DNA of 63,862 nucleotides, filler included, from Babesia bigemina (GCF_000981445.1; 17 parts of 17 records of this genome joined end to end with filler, not necessarily neighbours in it); one strand, 5' to 3'; numbered from the whole stretch's first letter, positions 1 to 10,507 are shown. Notes: generated from the sequence alone by a model not told the origin. Program-made: numbers and translations.

Positions 1-40
1 GAGGTTTTTCAGAACCAGAGACAGGCAAAGGCCTTGGGCT

Positions 41-991
41 TTGCGGAGCAAAATCATCGGGATAAACTTTGGCTCGGTTTTTTGCCTGTTACAAAACCGC
101 CAAAAACGTGCCAGAACACTTCGGTTTGCGTTATCTTTGGTTGCCGATGGGCACAAAGGAAATATTGTGGGTAGAAAGGGCGTCCAAAATGCTTTGGAAG
201 ACTCAACCAAGGAGCTGTCCATCAGCTTATGGGACGAACCCGGCAATCTTACCGGTGCGCTCGTTGACGCATACGGCTCGGACTCCGTAAAACACAGCAC
301 TTGCAGTCATCCTCACCTCAGGCATCTCGCGTCCAACGACTTCTGCAACAAACATCCATGTGCACCTTATCTCTCATCTCTTTACGCCGACTGCTACAAA
401 TACATCGCCAACAAAAACGCCAAGCTATACTTCTACTGGGCCGTGTATCTTCCATGGGATTTCTGGACGTTGCTTAACAATCTATACACTGCGTTCTGCT
501 CAATCGCTTGCCAGGATTGGGGCTGCAACAGCTGCATGAGAGCCGACAAATGTAAGAAAGGGAAACATGGCGATGAGAAGTCACGGTGCCAGTGTGAATC
601 CATCGTAACCTGCAACGGCGTCTCCCCAACCTTGTACCAGTATGGCTTCATATTCAACAATGCAGTAGAATTGAATCGTTCTAAATACCAGAAAACATGT
701 AACGATTTCTGCAAGATATTAAGCAAAGTACTTAAATCTGATTACTTCGCTAAACTCTTCAACGCCTGTGATGAATTCCTTTGGATCATCAGACAACCCT
801 TCATCTGGCTCAACGTCGCCCTCTGGCTCCTCTCTCTCCTGTACCTCATCCACATCATGGTCATCCGCCTCGACCTGCTCCACATCAAATCGCATTTGCA
901 CTCACCTTCCTCCCATCGCATAGCTGCTCAATCGCTACTAGCTGCTGGACGCGTTAACAAGCTTAACAGGGTGTTTTATCTACAACCGTAA
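41..991 (+). CDS. ves: ves/VESA-like variant antigen, C-terminal fragment (tail type I); 5' end cut by window edge
   Basis: Cys-rich CQDWGC..C..CKKGKHG domain, TM IWLNVALWLLSLLYLIHIMVI, tail RLDLLHIKSHLHSPSSHRIAAQSLLAAGRVNKLNRVFYLQP shared with 3719..9856 and 27608..28251. First ~140 nt look indel-garbled. Confidence 0.85.
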   Translation: MRSKIIGINFGSVFCLLQNRQKRARTLRFALSLVADGHKGNIVGRKGVQNALEDSTKELSISLWDEPGNLTGALVDAYGSDSVKHSTCSHPHLRHLASNDFCNKHPCAPYLSSLYADCYKYIANKNAKLYFYWAVYLPWDFWTLLNNLYTAFCSIACQDWGCNSCMRADKCKKGKHGDEKSRCQCESIVTCNGVSPTLYQYGFIFNNAVELNRSKYQKTCNDFCKILSKVLKSDYFAKLFNACDEFLWIIRQPFIWLNVALWLLSLLYLIHIMVIRLDLLHIKSHLHSPSSHRIAAQSLLAAGRVNKLNRVFYLQP

Positions 992-1114
992 TCGTACTCA
1001 CGTGTTCACTATCTACACTCACCTAGCATCACCTACTCACCTATACAACTAATTGTTGTCTAATGTTTTGAATCACTCATTAACCGTTGTATATGATTGT
1101 GTAATAGTTAACTA

Positions 1115-1397
1115 AAGTGTTGACCAAGGTGCTGACCAACGTGCTGACCAATGCCACGACCAAAGTGCTGACCAATGTGCTGACCAATGCCATGACCAAA
1201 GTGCTGACCAATGCCATGACCAATGTGTTGACCAAGGTGCTGACCAACGTGCTGACCAATGCCACGACCAAAGTGCTGACCAATGTGCTGACCAATGCCA
1301 TGACCAAAGTGCTGACCAATGCCATGACCAACCACCTGACCAATGCCACGACCAAAGTGGTGACCAACGTGTTGACCAAGGTGCTGACCAAGTTGAT
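1115..1397 (+). repeat. 12-bp tandem array (TGACCAAnGTGn / TGACCAATGCCA)
   Basis: Direct 12-nt periodicity just after the ves 3' UTR. Confidence 0.95.
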
Positions 1398-1523
1398 GGT
1401 CACGGCAGCGATGACATGGACACGGCAGCGATGACATGGACACGGCAGCGATGACATGGTCACGGCAGCGATGACATGGTCACGGCAGCGATGGCATGGT
1501 CACGGCAGCGATGACATGGACAC
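1398..1523 (+). repeat. 20-bp tandem array (CACGGCAGCGATGACATGGT)
   Basis: About 6 near-perfect units. Confidence 0.95.
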
Positions 1524-1537
1524 AAGTGGGGATTATT

Positions 1538-3613
1538 ATCCACTCCACACCGCCCCGTTATACACTCTACATCGCTCCTCTATCCACTCTACATCGCCCC
1601 TTTATCCACTCTACATCGCTCCCTAATCCACTCTACATCGCCCCTTTATCCACTCTTCATCGCCCCTTTATCCACTCTTCATCGCCCCTTACTCCACTCT
1701 ACATCGCCCCTTTACCCACTCCACATCGCTCCTTTACCCACTCCACATCGCCCCTTTATCCACTCTACATCGCTCCCTAACCCACTCTACATCGCCCCTT
1801 TACCCACTCCACATCGCTCCCTTATCCACTCTACATCGCTCCCTTATCCACTCTACATCGCTCCCTTACCCACTCCACATCGCTCCCTAATCCACTCCAC
1901 ATCGCCCCTTTATCCACTCTACATCGCCCCTTTATCCACTCCACATCGCTCCCTAACCCACTCCACATCGCTCCTTCACCTCCTCTAATCGCCCCTTTAC
2001 CCACTCTTCATCGCCCCTTTACCCTCTCTCCATCGCTCCTCTACCCACTCCACATCGCCCCTTTATCCACTCTACATCGCTCCCTAACCCACTCCACATC
2101 GCTCCTTAACCCACTCTACATCGCCCCTTAACCCACTCTACATCGCCCCTTAACCCACTCTACATCGCTCCCTAACCCACTCTACATCGCTCCCTAATCC
2201 ACTCTACATCGCTCCCTTATCCACTCCACATCGCTCCCTAACCCACTCTACATCGCCCCTTTATCCACTCCACATCGCCCCTTTATCCACTCTACATCGC
2301 CCCTTAACCCACTCTACATCGCCCCTTATCCACTCTACATCGCCCCTTTATCCACTCTACATCGCCCCTTCACCCACTCTACATCGCTCCCTAATCCACT
2401 CTACATCGCTCCTCTATCCACTCCACATCGCCCCTTAACCCACTCTACATCGCTCCTTTATCCACTCTACATCGCCCCTTTATCCACTCTACATCGCCCC
2501 TTAACCCACTCCACATCGCCCCTTTATACACTCTACATCGCCCCTTTAACCACTCCACATCGCCCCTTTAACCACTCCACATCGCCCCTTTACCCACTCT
2601 ACATCGCTCCCTAACCCACCCTACATCGCCCCCTTATCCACTCTACATCGCCCCTTTAACCACTCTACATCGCTTTCTTATCCACTCTACATCGCTCCTT
2701 ACTCCACTCTACACCGCTCCTTTATCTCCACTCTACATCGCTCCTTAATCCACTCTACATCGCTCCTTTATCCACTCTACATCGCCCCTTAACCCACTCC
2801 ACATCGCTCCTCTATCCACTCTCCATCGCCCCTTTACGCACTCTCCATCGCCCCTTTACGCACTCTACATCGCCCCTTTACCCACTCTACATCGCCCCTT
2901 TACGCACTCTACATCGCCCTTTGTCCACTCTACATCGCTCTTAACCCACCCTACATCGCCCCTTAACCCACTGTACATCGCTCCCTAATCCACTCTACAT
3001 CGCTCCCTAATCCACTCTACATCGCTCCCTAATCCACTCTACATCGCTCCCTAACCCACTCTACATCGCCCCTTAACCCACTCTACATCGCTCCTTAAAC
3101 CACTCTACATCGCTCCCTAACCGACTCCACATCGCTCCCTTACCCACTCTACATCGCTCCCTAACCCACTCCACATCGCCCCTTTATCCACTCTACATCG
3201 CCCCTTTACCCACTCTACATCGCTCCCTAACCCACTCTACATCGCCCCTTACCCACTCTACATCGCTCCTTAACCCACTCCACATCGCTCCCTAACCCAC
3301 TCTTCATCGCCCCTTTACCCACTATACATCGCCCCTTTATCCACTCTACATCGCTCCCTAACCCACTCTACATCGCTCCCTAACCCACTCTACATCGCCC
3401 CTTTATCCACTCTACATCGCTCCTCTATCCACTCTACATCGCCCCTTTATCCACTCTACATCGCTCCCTAATCCACTCTACATCGCCCCTTATCCACTCT
3501 ACATCGCCCCTTATCCACTCTACATCGCTCCCTAATCCACTCTGCATCGCTCCCTTATCCACTCTGCATCGCCCCGTTATCCACTCTACATCGCCCCTTA
3601 ACCCACTCTACAT
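1538..3613 (+). repeat. 22-bp C-rich minisatellite (CCACTCTACATCGCCCCTTTAT and variants), ~94 units
   Basis: 21-22-nt periodicity, strong C/G strand skew, ends in the cap motif CTCGAATTACC. Confidence 0.97.
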
Positions 3614-3705
3614 CCCTCGAATTACCTTGCTATAATACCGCTATGACCTCTATAAACCATAACAATAACTTGTGCTCTGTCACCCTTCACTTCCCTTCTG
3701 ACTGA
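3614..3705 (+). other. Conserved cap/leader between the 22-bp array and ves (CTCGAATTACC...CCGCTATGACCTC...AATAACTTG); cap ATG at 3643 stops at 3703-3705
   Basis: Same element with ATG at 3643, 11446, 13510, 15650, 37449, 42512, 45654 (+) and 26426, 34120 (-). Confidence 0.85.
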
Positions 3706-3718
3706 GTCCATCGACTGG

Positions 3719-6700
3719 TTGATCCAGGTTAGGTATGGGAATGGTGGTAGTGGTGAAGGTCTTGGTGAGTTGTCTCAAGCTTTGAAAAAGTTGATTGAGG
3801 AGGCTATTGAGAAGGCTGAAAAGTCCCTTAAAGCCGAAAAAGATAAACTTGAATGCCCCTTCAAATACTCTGATAAGGAGACTTACTGTCAGTACTACGA
3901 GAAGCAGATTGACAATCCAGATCCTAAAAATGGTAAAAATTCGAAAAATGGTTTACCCATTGAAGATTTAAAAAAGTGGAAAAAAGATTGTGAATCTTCC
4001 CACTCCCGTAATCAGGACGCTGCTACTAAAAAAGCTTTGCAGGACATTGACTCCAAGCTTGTTAGCCTTGGTCACCTTGCTGGACAGCTTGGAGGATTTG
4101 TTGGTGAAAGTGAGAGTGTTAAGAAAGCCGTTATATATGCTATTATCGCTCAAATTAACAGTACTGAAGAGCTTAAAAATGATTACTCTTCTCATGTTAC
4201 TAACCTTTCTGTGTCTGTCAAGTCTGCTGGCCAGGCTGGTGACAACCAGAAAATTAGTGAGCTTAGTGAAGCAGTTAAGAAAGAAATTACTGAAACTGAA
4301 CAGCGTATTAATAACCTTAATAACCTTCCTAATAATCTTCCTCCTTCCCCCTCTCCCTCTGCTGAGCTAGCCAAATTGCACTCCAAGTTGGACGCTTTGA
4401 GGAAGGTGGAGAAGCTTTGTGGATTTTACGAGATTTCTAATAATCCACAAAATGAGCCTAAAAAGCTTTTAGAGAATCTTTGTGACGGCCTCGAAAAATT
4501 CCTCGGCTTCGACCCGAAATCAAAAGGCTACGACGGCAGTGGGATTGTGTACTCCGACCTGGATAGGCTGTGTGATGCAGCGATGGGATTTTTGAGTGGT
4601 GTTCTCAGTAACATCCAAAGCCATTTAGGGCAGCATAAAAACACTTTAGATAGTGCAATTGAAGCTCTTAACAAAAATAAACACCTTGGTAAAAAAGGTT
4701 TTAATGCTGCGATTGGACAGGTGGTCGAAGGGGTGGGGGGGTATAATGATAAAGTGAAAGAGTCTAATAAAAAAGTTAGAGATCCTATAACTACACTTAA
4801 AGATAAGATGGAGGAACTCAAAACAACGGTAAGTCAAATTAATACAAATAATTCTGTGCAGGGCCATGACTTCACTACGGAGAATGAGCGAGTGGGCGAG
4901 CAGCTGCAGAAGTTTAAGAAACACGCCGAAGCATTTTGCGGAAGCATGAGAGATGCTGAGAAAAACATTTTAGACCTTAATAATGATTGTAGAACTAAAG
5001 TAAATAGTGCATTGAAAATTGTGACGCGTGAGTCAGCGATTGTACATAGAGTCTCAGATAAGGCATCGGAAGACTACTGGAGCATGGGGAAAGAAATTAA
5101 TAGAATCCTGGAATATCTCAAAACTGTGATGCACGAAAAAATTAGCACTCAAGTAAATGACCTCGTTAGGCAGTTGAAGGAGAGAGTTATGGTAATTCAT
5201 TCAAAGCTCGTAAACATTAGTAATACGCTGCTGAAGTATATCAAGGAGCTTAGCAATTGGATTACAACGACCAATACGTTCATTGATAAAGTTTGGACGA
5301 AGAGTAAGCGTATTGAGAATAAGGTGATTGGGGAAGAAAATCAGGAGAAGCTTAGGGATACCGCAAAAAGACTTGTGGCGTGGAAAATCACGCTCAACGA
5401 TTACGTTGAGGGCATGAAAAGAAATATCAGAGAGAAGGTTATGGAGACACTTAATGCCGTGAAGGACATGGACGGGAAGCTGAAAGAGGATTTGTATAAA
5501 ATGAAGCAAGCGGTGGAACAGCAGGTTAAGGAGATCAAAATTAAAATTGGGGACCTTGGTAATACGTTTAATGGTCTGCGAGGTTCCTCGCCGATAAGTA
5601 TAGATGGGATTATGATACGCATTCAAAAGGAGGTGGAAAGTATAAAAAAGCATGTTGGAGATAAGAAAGAGGGACGAAGTGTTAGTGATCAAACGGATGA
5701 TAGTATACAACAAAATTGGGATGCGCTTAAAATCGATGTTCGGCAGTTTGTTCAAAGTTTGACAAACGCTGGAAGCTCAAGTCTAAAGCAGATTGAGGAA
5801 GGGGTGAAAGATTACGCTCAGAAATTTGAAAATGGAGCATTTGTTCGTGTTTTGACAACGTGGGCTGATACCATTGTGGATGAGATTAAAGGCGAAGCAC
5901 AAAAGTACATCGGTTATTACGTAACTACCAATACACAAAATATGAGAAATAAATTTGATCCCCAGTATGGCAACCATAGAGGTGAAAAGGCTGTAAAAGA
6001 GGCAATAAAAGCAAAGCTTCCCGGTGTTATACACGGGGCTGTTGTAGAAGCCGCCAATGCTACAATTAGAGACACAACGGTTCAAAACGTTGTCGCCAAT
6101 TTTGCGCGGTTTGCCGACGAGCTTTATAGCAACCTCATTAACAAAGCACTCGTTGAAGCCGCACGTACGTATCTCGAGGGAGAGGAAGCATTGAATGTTA
6201 ATAATATGCGAGGCGTTGGTTATAGTGATCATTTTCTCACTCAGGCCCTTACCACTGTACTCAATTCGGTTGCTACATGTGCAAAGCATTTCGCGAATGA
6301 GCTTAAGTCGTTTTTCGACGCGTCTCATATAAAGAATATTTCTGGAGCTCTGGCAGAAGTGAAGGATATCGATGAGCAATTTGATGATGATCCTACTAAT
6401 GCATCATTAAGCACGGATTACGGTGGGAAAATTGACACGACATTGAAGGATATGCATACGACTATAAGTATGCTGCACCATAAACTCACAACGGCTATAC
6501 AACCTAATGCCCTTGGCGTTGATAGACCCGCCGCCGCCGTCGACACCGCGATCGACGGGGTGACTAGCAAGCTGGAGGAGCAGTTGCCGAAAGATAATGA
6601 AAAACTAACTACCCATGTTAAGATTTCCACTGACGGCGACATATTCGTTGGTTACAAAAAGTATGTCAAACAAGACGCAGAAGCACTTGAAGCCCTTAAG

Positions 6701-9700
6701 AACGAACTAAAAGGAGTGGAGAAAGAAGGCTCCCTCCCCCAGGCGATCGGCGCTATTCGCAAAACATCCGATGAAATAACAGTCATTGGAACATTAAACG
6801 AACTCAGCAAATGGTCCGAAAATATTACCACAAATCTGAACTCTCTATTATCGGTATTTTCAGAAGAAGGAAAAAAGGTCAGTGGATACTTACGGCACAT
6901 GAAAAACGATAAAATTGACGATCAACTTAAATACATCATAACGAAAATTGAGAAACTGCAACGCGACACGTTGTACGATGCCATCCAGGCTGCCACTGAA
7001 TTTGCACAAGAAGCCGATAACTTTGGTGAACAGACCACTCATGAGCTTCATTCGTTTGTTTATCAACAAATTAATAATGTGAAAGCCACCCTCACCACCG
7101 CCGCCCGCCGCAACTACGTCTCCTCCGTCAAAGCCCTCCTCACCGCGTTCGCGGACAAGGTCAGCCAGGAGTTGCGGGGGTTGCCGGAGGAGATTGAGAG
7201 GGATCTGCGGATCGGGTTCAAGGGGTTGATGAGAGTGATGGGAGGGGTTAGTAATGTAACTGGCAAGCCTGTTGCTGCGCCTGGGACTTCGGATACCGAT
7301 GCGAAAAGTTTGCTTGATTCTATTAAGGAACTTGCTCAATCCCGTGATCCAGACACACCCATGAAATCCACCTTCACCAAATTGTCAGAAGCATTCAATA
7401 ACTATTTTAATCCAATTCAGACGTACGTTAATGCACAAATTAGTGCTAAAAATCCATCCGAGCCTGAGATCAACAAGGCGATCACAGACGCCAACATCGA
7501 GCACCTCACCGACGTCAACACCAAATTCGACGATTTGCTCAACCACCTCAAAAACGACACTAAACCACCCAGAACATATATATTCGATCATACTTACTCC
7601 AATCTACATTCCCACCTCTCCTCCTCCCTCACCGCTCTCCACCCCTCCCACTTCGCCAACCCCCGGCACCCGGAGCTGCTCGATGCGGTCAGAGCGGGGC
7701 TGGAGGGGTTTGTCACGGAGATGGAGCGGGTGTATGTGAACGGGTATGATAGTGAAACTTTCGGTGAATTAGTGGAAACTAAAAAAGGTGATAAAGAAGA
7801 AAAATTAACATCTTACGGTAAAAAGGTTTCTAAGGTCTGCCTTAACGTGTTGTCCATCTTGCATACGGAGTTGAACATATTGGTGAAGTATTGTCTTTCT
7901 ACATGTAAAACTGAACAAATAGAGCACGAGACTACTCTGGGAAAGTTTTTTGCCGGCAATGGATATAAAGTCTCTGAACCGGAAAGAAAACACTGGGAGC
8001 TGCAAGATAAAAGCACGATGACGGGTTTCTTTATTTGCAGACGCCTCATCGGCACTAAAGACAAATACGTGTTCAAGAAAAATGATGCGAATCAAGAAAT
8101 AGGTGCACTTAAAACGCTACATCAACATCTTCAAACATATTACAGAGTCGGGCACGTTGCCACTTCATCCTCCAAGAAAACACCATGTAGCATATTCGAG
8201 ATGCTCTGTTGGTTGTGTGGTCTTCCGTGTAATACGGCGTATGAGGAGCTTCTTGTTGACGGTGTCAGCGATTTGTTTGTTGATCCAAAGAAGCAAGTCA
8301 GCGACGGGGAGTTATCTGCCACAGTTGTCGGCGAAGAACCCGTATCGGCTTATCCTCAAGACATCTCATATGAAAGCACCCAGTTAGCAGTGAGACGCCT
8401 TTGCTCAAGGTCATACGACGTCCTTATTAAAATTGTTGGTTACGGAAACGCATACACAACCTACGCCGTCGACTACTGCGACAACAGCCTACAACTATCT
8501 TACCCATCGGATCCGTCGCAGTGCCTCGAACTATTGATGGACATCCTACGCAGATTGTTCCCCGTGTTCAGATTCTTGCATAGCCAGTGTCAGCTGGAAA
8601 CTAAACATCACGGTTGGGCAAATTGCCTCTACGGCAAAGATATCTCGACCGGTAAATCGCATTGTGATAAGCATCCAGATGACAAGCAAACCGACTGCCT
8701 GCCTAGATCACCACTCCAATCATATCTGTCCGACACGCTCCCCGGCCATCTTCCTCACAACCTGACTGCCATGGGATGCAAATCCGTATGCAGCAACTGC
8801 CCCAAAGGCGCGCCTGGACAGCCGTGTCTGACACCACTTGGCTTTAGGGGTTTCTCTGGAAGTACGAAGACAGGCAGAGAGCTATGGAAAGTGCTTGGCA
8901 AATTCTTCGACAATTCGAATATTAACACGCTGTTTGGTCTGATGCCCAAGCCGCCGTCTACATTGCCCGAACACTTTGAGTTCGCGTCGGCCCTTGTAAG
9001 AAGTTGGAATGAAAAAATAGCACCCAGGCATCTCACGTGGTTGACAGACGCCGTTACTAAACAATCGGTTAAACTGCACGACGTGCCTACGGAATTCACT
9101 GATGCGCTTCGTAAAGCTTATGGTAGCAGCCGGAATACGCATGATCACGGCACCGCTACTCCTCCCGATCTGTCAAGCCTATCGATGACTAAATCGTGCC
9201 TATTTACTCCAAAAGACAACATATACTGCGCTCCCTACCTTCAGTCATTATGCCGCGATTCGTATTATTATCTTGCCAAGAAGCATTCTGCTGCGTACCT
9301 CTCTTGGGCCGTATACCTTCCATGGGTTTTTTGGAATTCACTAAACAATCTATACATCGCATTCTGTTCCATCGCTTGTCAAGACTGGGGATGCCAGGGT
9401 TGTTTGCGTGGTGAAGACTGTAAGAGAGGACAGCACGGAGCAAACTACAATTGCAAATGCGGAAGTATTGTAAACTGTCGCGGAGTCTTGAGCACCTTCT
9501 ACGCATACGGATTCACATTTGGTGAATCAAGCATTTTGCTCGACACGGATGGAATAAGATATTGTGGTCACTTTTACACTCAACTACGCAACGTACTCAA
9601 TTCGAAATATTTCGCTGACCTATTTGACAAGTGCGACGAATTCCTCTTCAAGATCCGCGCCCCCTTCATCTGGCTCAACGTCGCCCTCTGGCTCCTCTCT

Positions 9701-9856
9701 TTGTTGTACCTCCTCCACATCATGGTCATCCGCCTAGACCTGCTCCACATCAAATCGCATTTGCACAGTCCCTCATCGCATCGCATCGCCGCGCAATCAC
9801 TACTCGCAGCTGCACGTGTTAACAAACTGGGCAGGGTGTTTTACCTGCAACCATAA
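3719..9856 (+). CDS. ves: ves/VESA-like variant antigen, ~2045-aa open frame lacking its native start (tail type I)
   Basis: Frame begins ...TESIDWLIQVRYG; contains LC.GLEKFLGF...GIVYSDLDRLCD, long coiled coil, Cys-rich C-domain, TM and conserved tail. ORF start is TTG; first in-frame ATG is at ~4583. Confidence 0.88.
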   Translation: MIQVRYGNGGSGEGLGELSQALKKLIEEAIEKAEKSLKAEKDKLECPFKYSDKETYCQYYEKQIDNPDPKNGKNSKNGLPIEDLKKWKKDCESSHSRNQDAATKKALQDIDSKLVSLGHLAGQLGGFVGESESVKKAVIYAIIAQINSTEELKNDYSSHVTNLSVSVKSAGQAGDNQKISELSEAVKKEITETEQRINNLNNLPNNLPPSPSPSAELAKLHSKLDALRKVEKLCGFYEISNNPQNEPKKLLENLCDGLEKFLGFDPKSKGYDGSGIVYSDLDRLCDAAMGFLSGVLSNIQSHLGQHKNTLDSAIEALNKNKHLGKKGFNAAIGQVVEGVGGYNDKVKESNKKVRDPITTLKDKMEELKTTVSQINTNNSVQGHDFTTENERVGEQLQKFKKHAEAFCGSMRDAEKNILDLNNDCRTKVNSALKIVTRESAIVHRVSDKASEDYWSMGKEINRILEYLKTVMHEKISTQVNDLVRQLKERVMVIHSKLVNISNTLLKYIKELSNWITTTNTFIDKVWTKSKRIENKVIGEENQEKLRDTAKRLVAWKITLNDYVEGMKRNIREKVMETLNAVKDMDGKLKEDLYKMKQAVEQQVKEIKIKIGDLGNTFNGLRGSSPISIDGIMIRIQKEVESIKKHVGDKKEGRSVSDQTDDSIQQNWDALKIDVRQFVQSLTNAGSSSLKQIEEGVKDYAQKFENGAFVRVLTTWADTIVDEIKGEAQKYIGYYVTTNTQNMRNKFDPQYGNHRGEKAVKEAIKAKLPGVIHGAVVEAANATIRDTTVQNVVANFARFADELYSNLINKALVEAARTYLEGEEALNVNNMRGVGYSDHFLTQALTTVLNSVATCAKHFANELKSFFDASHIKNISGALAEVKDIDEQFDDDPTNASLSTDYGGKIDTTLKDMHTTISMLHHKLTTAIQPNALGVDRPAAAVDTAIDGVTSKLEEQLPKDNEKLTTHVKISTDGDIFVGYKKYVKQDAEALEALKNELKGVEKEGSLPQAIGAIRKTSDEITVIGTLNELSKWSENITTNLNSLLSVFSEEGKKVSGYLRHMKNDKIDDQLKYIITKIEKLQRDTLYDAIQAATEFAQEADNFGEQTTHELHSFVYQQINNVKATLTTAARRNYVSSVKALLTAFADKVSQELRGLPEEIERDLRIGFKGLMRVMGGVSNVTGKPVAAPGTSDTDAKSLLDSIKELAQSRDPDTPMKSTFTKLSEAFNNYFNPIQTYVNAQISAKNPSEPEINKAITDANIEHLTDVNTKFDDLLNHLKNDTKPPRTYIFDHTYSNLHSHLSSSLTALHPSHFANPRHPELLDAVRAGLEGFVTEMERVYVNGYDSETFGELVETKKGDKEEKLTSYGKKVSKVCLNVLSILHTELNILVKYCLSTCKTEQIEHETTLGKFFAGNGYKVSEPERKHWELQDKSTMTGFFICRRLIGTKDKYVFKKNDANQEIGALKTLHQHLQTYYRVGHVATSSSKKTPCSIFEMLCWLCGLPCNTAYEELLVDGVSDLFVDPKKQVSDGELSATVVGEEPVSAYPQDISYESTQLAVRRLCSRSYDVLIKIVGYGNAYTTYAVDYCDNSLQLSYPSDPSQCLELLMDILRRLFPVFRFLHSQCQLETKHHGWANCLYGKDISTGKSHCDKHPDDKQTDCLPRSPLQSYLSDTLPGHLPHNLTAMGCKSVCSNCPKGAPGQPCLTPLGFRGFSGSTKTGRELWKVLGKFFDNSNINTLFGLMPKPPSTLPEHFEFASALVRSWNEKIAPRHLTWLTDAVTKQSVKLHDVPTEFTDALRKAYGSSRNTHDHGTATPPDLSSLSMTKSCLFTPKDNIYCAPYLQSLCRDSYYYLAKKHSAAYLSWAVYLPWVFWNSLNNLYIAFCSIACQDWGCQGCLRGEDCKRGQHGANYNCKCGSIVNCRGVLSTFYAYGFTFGESSILLDTDGIRYCGHFYTQLRNVLNSKYFADLFDKCDEFLFKIRAPFIWLNVALWLLSLLYLLHIMVIRLDLLHIKSHLHSPSSHRIAAQSLLAAARVNKLGRVFYLQP

Positions 9857-9980
9857 TCGTACTCACGTGCATACTGTCTACACTCACCTAGCAAATCACC
9901 TACTCACCTAACTTATGAATTGTGCTCTAATCTGTTGTATCACTCATTAATACTTGTATGTGATTGTGTAATAGTTAACT

Positions 9981-10358
9981 AAAGTGCTGATCAACGTGCT
10001 GACCAATGCCATGACCAAGGTGGTGACCAACGTGATGACCAATGCCATGACCAACGTGGTGACCAATGTGCTGACCAACGTGCTGACCAACCACCTGACC
10101 AATGTGCTGACCAAAGTGGTGACCAGAGTGGTGACCTATGTGCTGACCAAAGTGGTGACCAATGCCATGACCAGAGTGGTGACCAAAGTGGTGACCAATG
10201 CCATGACCAGAGTGGTGACCAAGGTGCTGACCAATGTGCTGACCAATGCCATGTCCAACGTGGTGACCAATGCCATGACCAACGTGCTGACCAAGGTGCT
10301 GACCAAAGTGTTGACCAATGCCATGACCAATGTGCTCACCAAAGTGCTGACCAAGTTG
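9981..10358 (+). repeat. 12-bp tandem array
   Basis: TGACCAA-core 12-mers. Confidence 0.95.
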
Positions 10359-10492
10359 ATGGTTACGGCAGCGATGACAGTTGATGGACACGGCAGCGAT
10401 GACATGGTCACGGCAGCGATGACATGGACACGGCAGCGATGACATGGTCACGGCAGCGACGACATCAACACGGCAGCGATGACATGGTTACC
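10359..10492 (+). repeat. 20-bp tandem array
   Basis: CACGGCAGCGATGACATGG units. Confidence 0.93.
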
Positions 10493-10507
10493 AGAGTAGT
10501 GATTATA

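Noticed and set aside
1080..1780. ORFs such as LTKVLTN, GQHFGH, STLV and PLYIA repeats (also 9975-10451, 41892-42338, 48158-48644, 57634-57912)
   Set aside because: By-products of stop-free tandem repeats, open in several frames on both strands.
5201..7591. Antisense ORFs within ves genes
   Set aside because: Shadows of long sense frames with no independent motifs.
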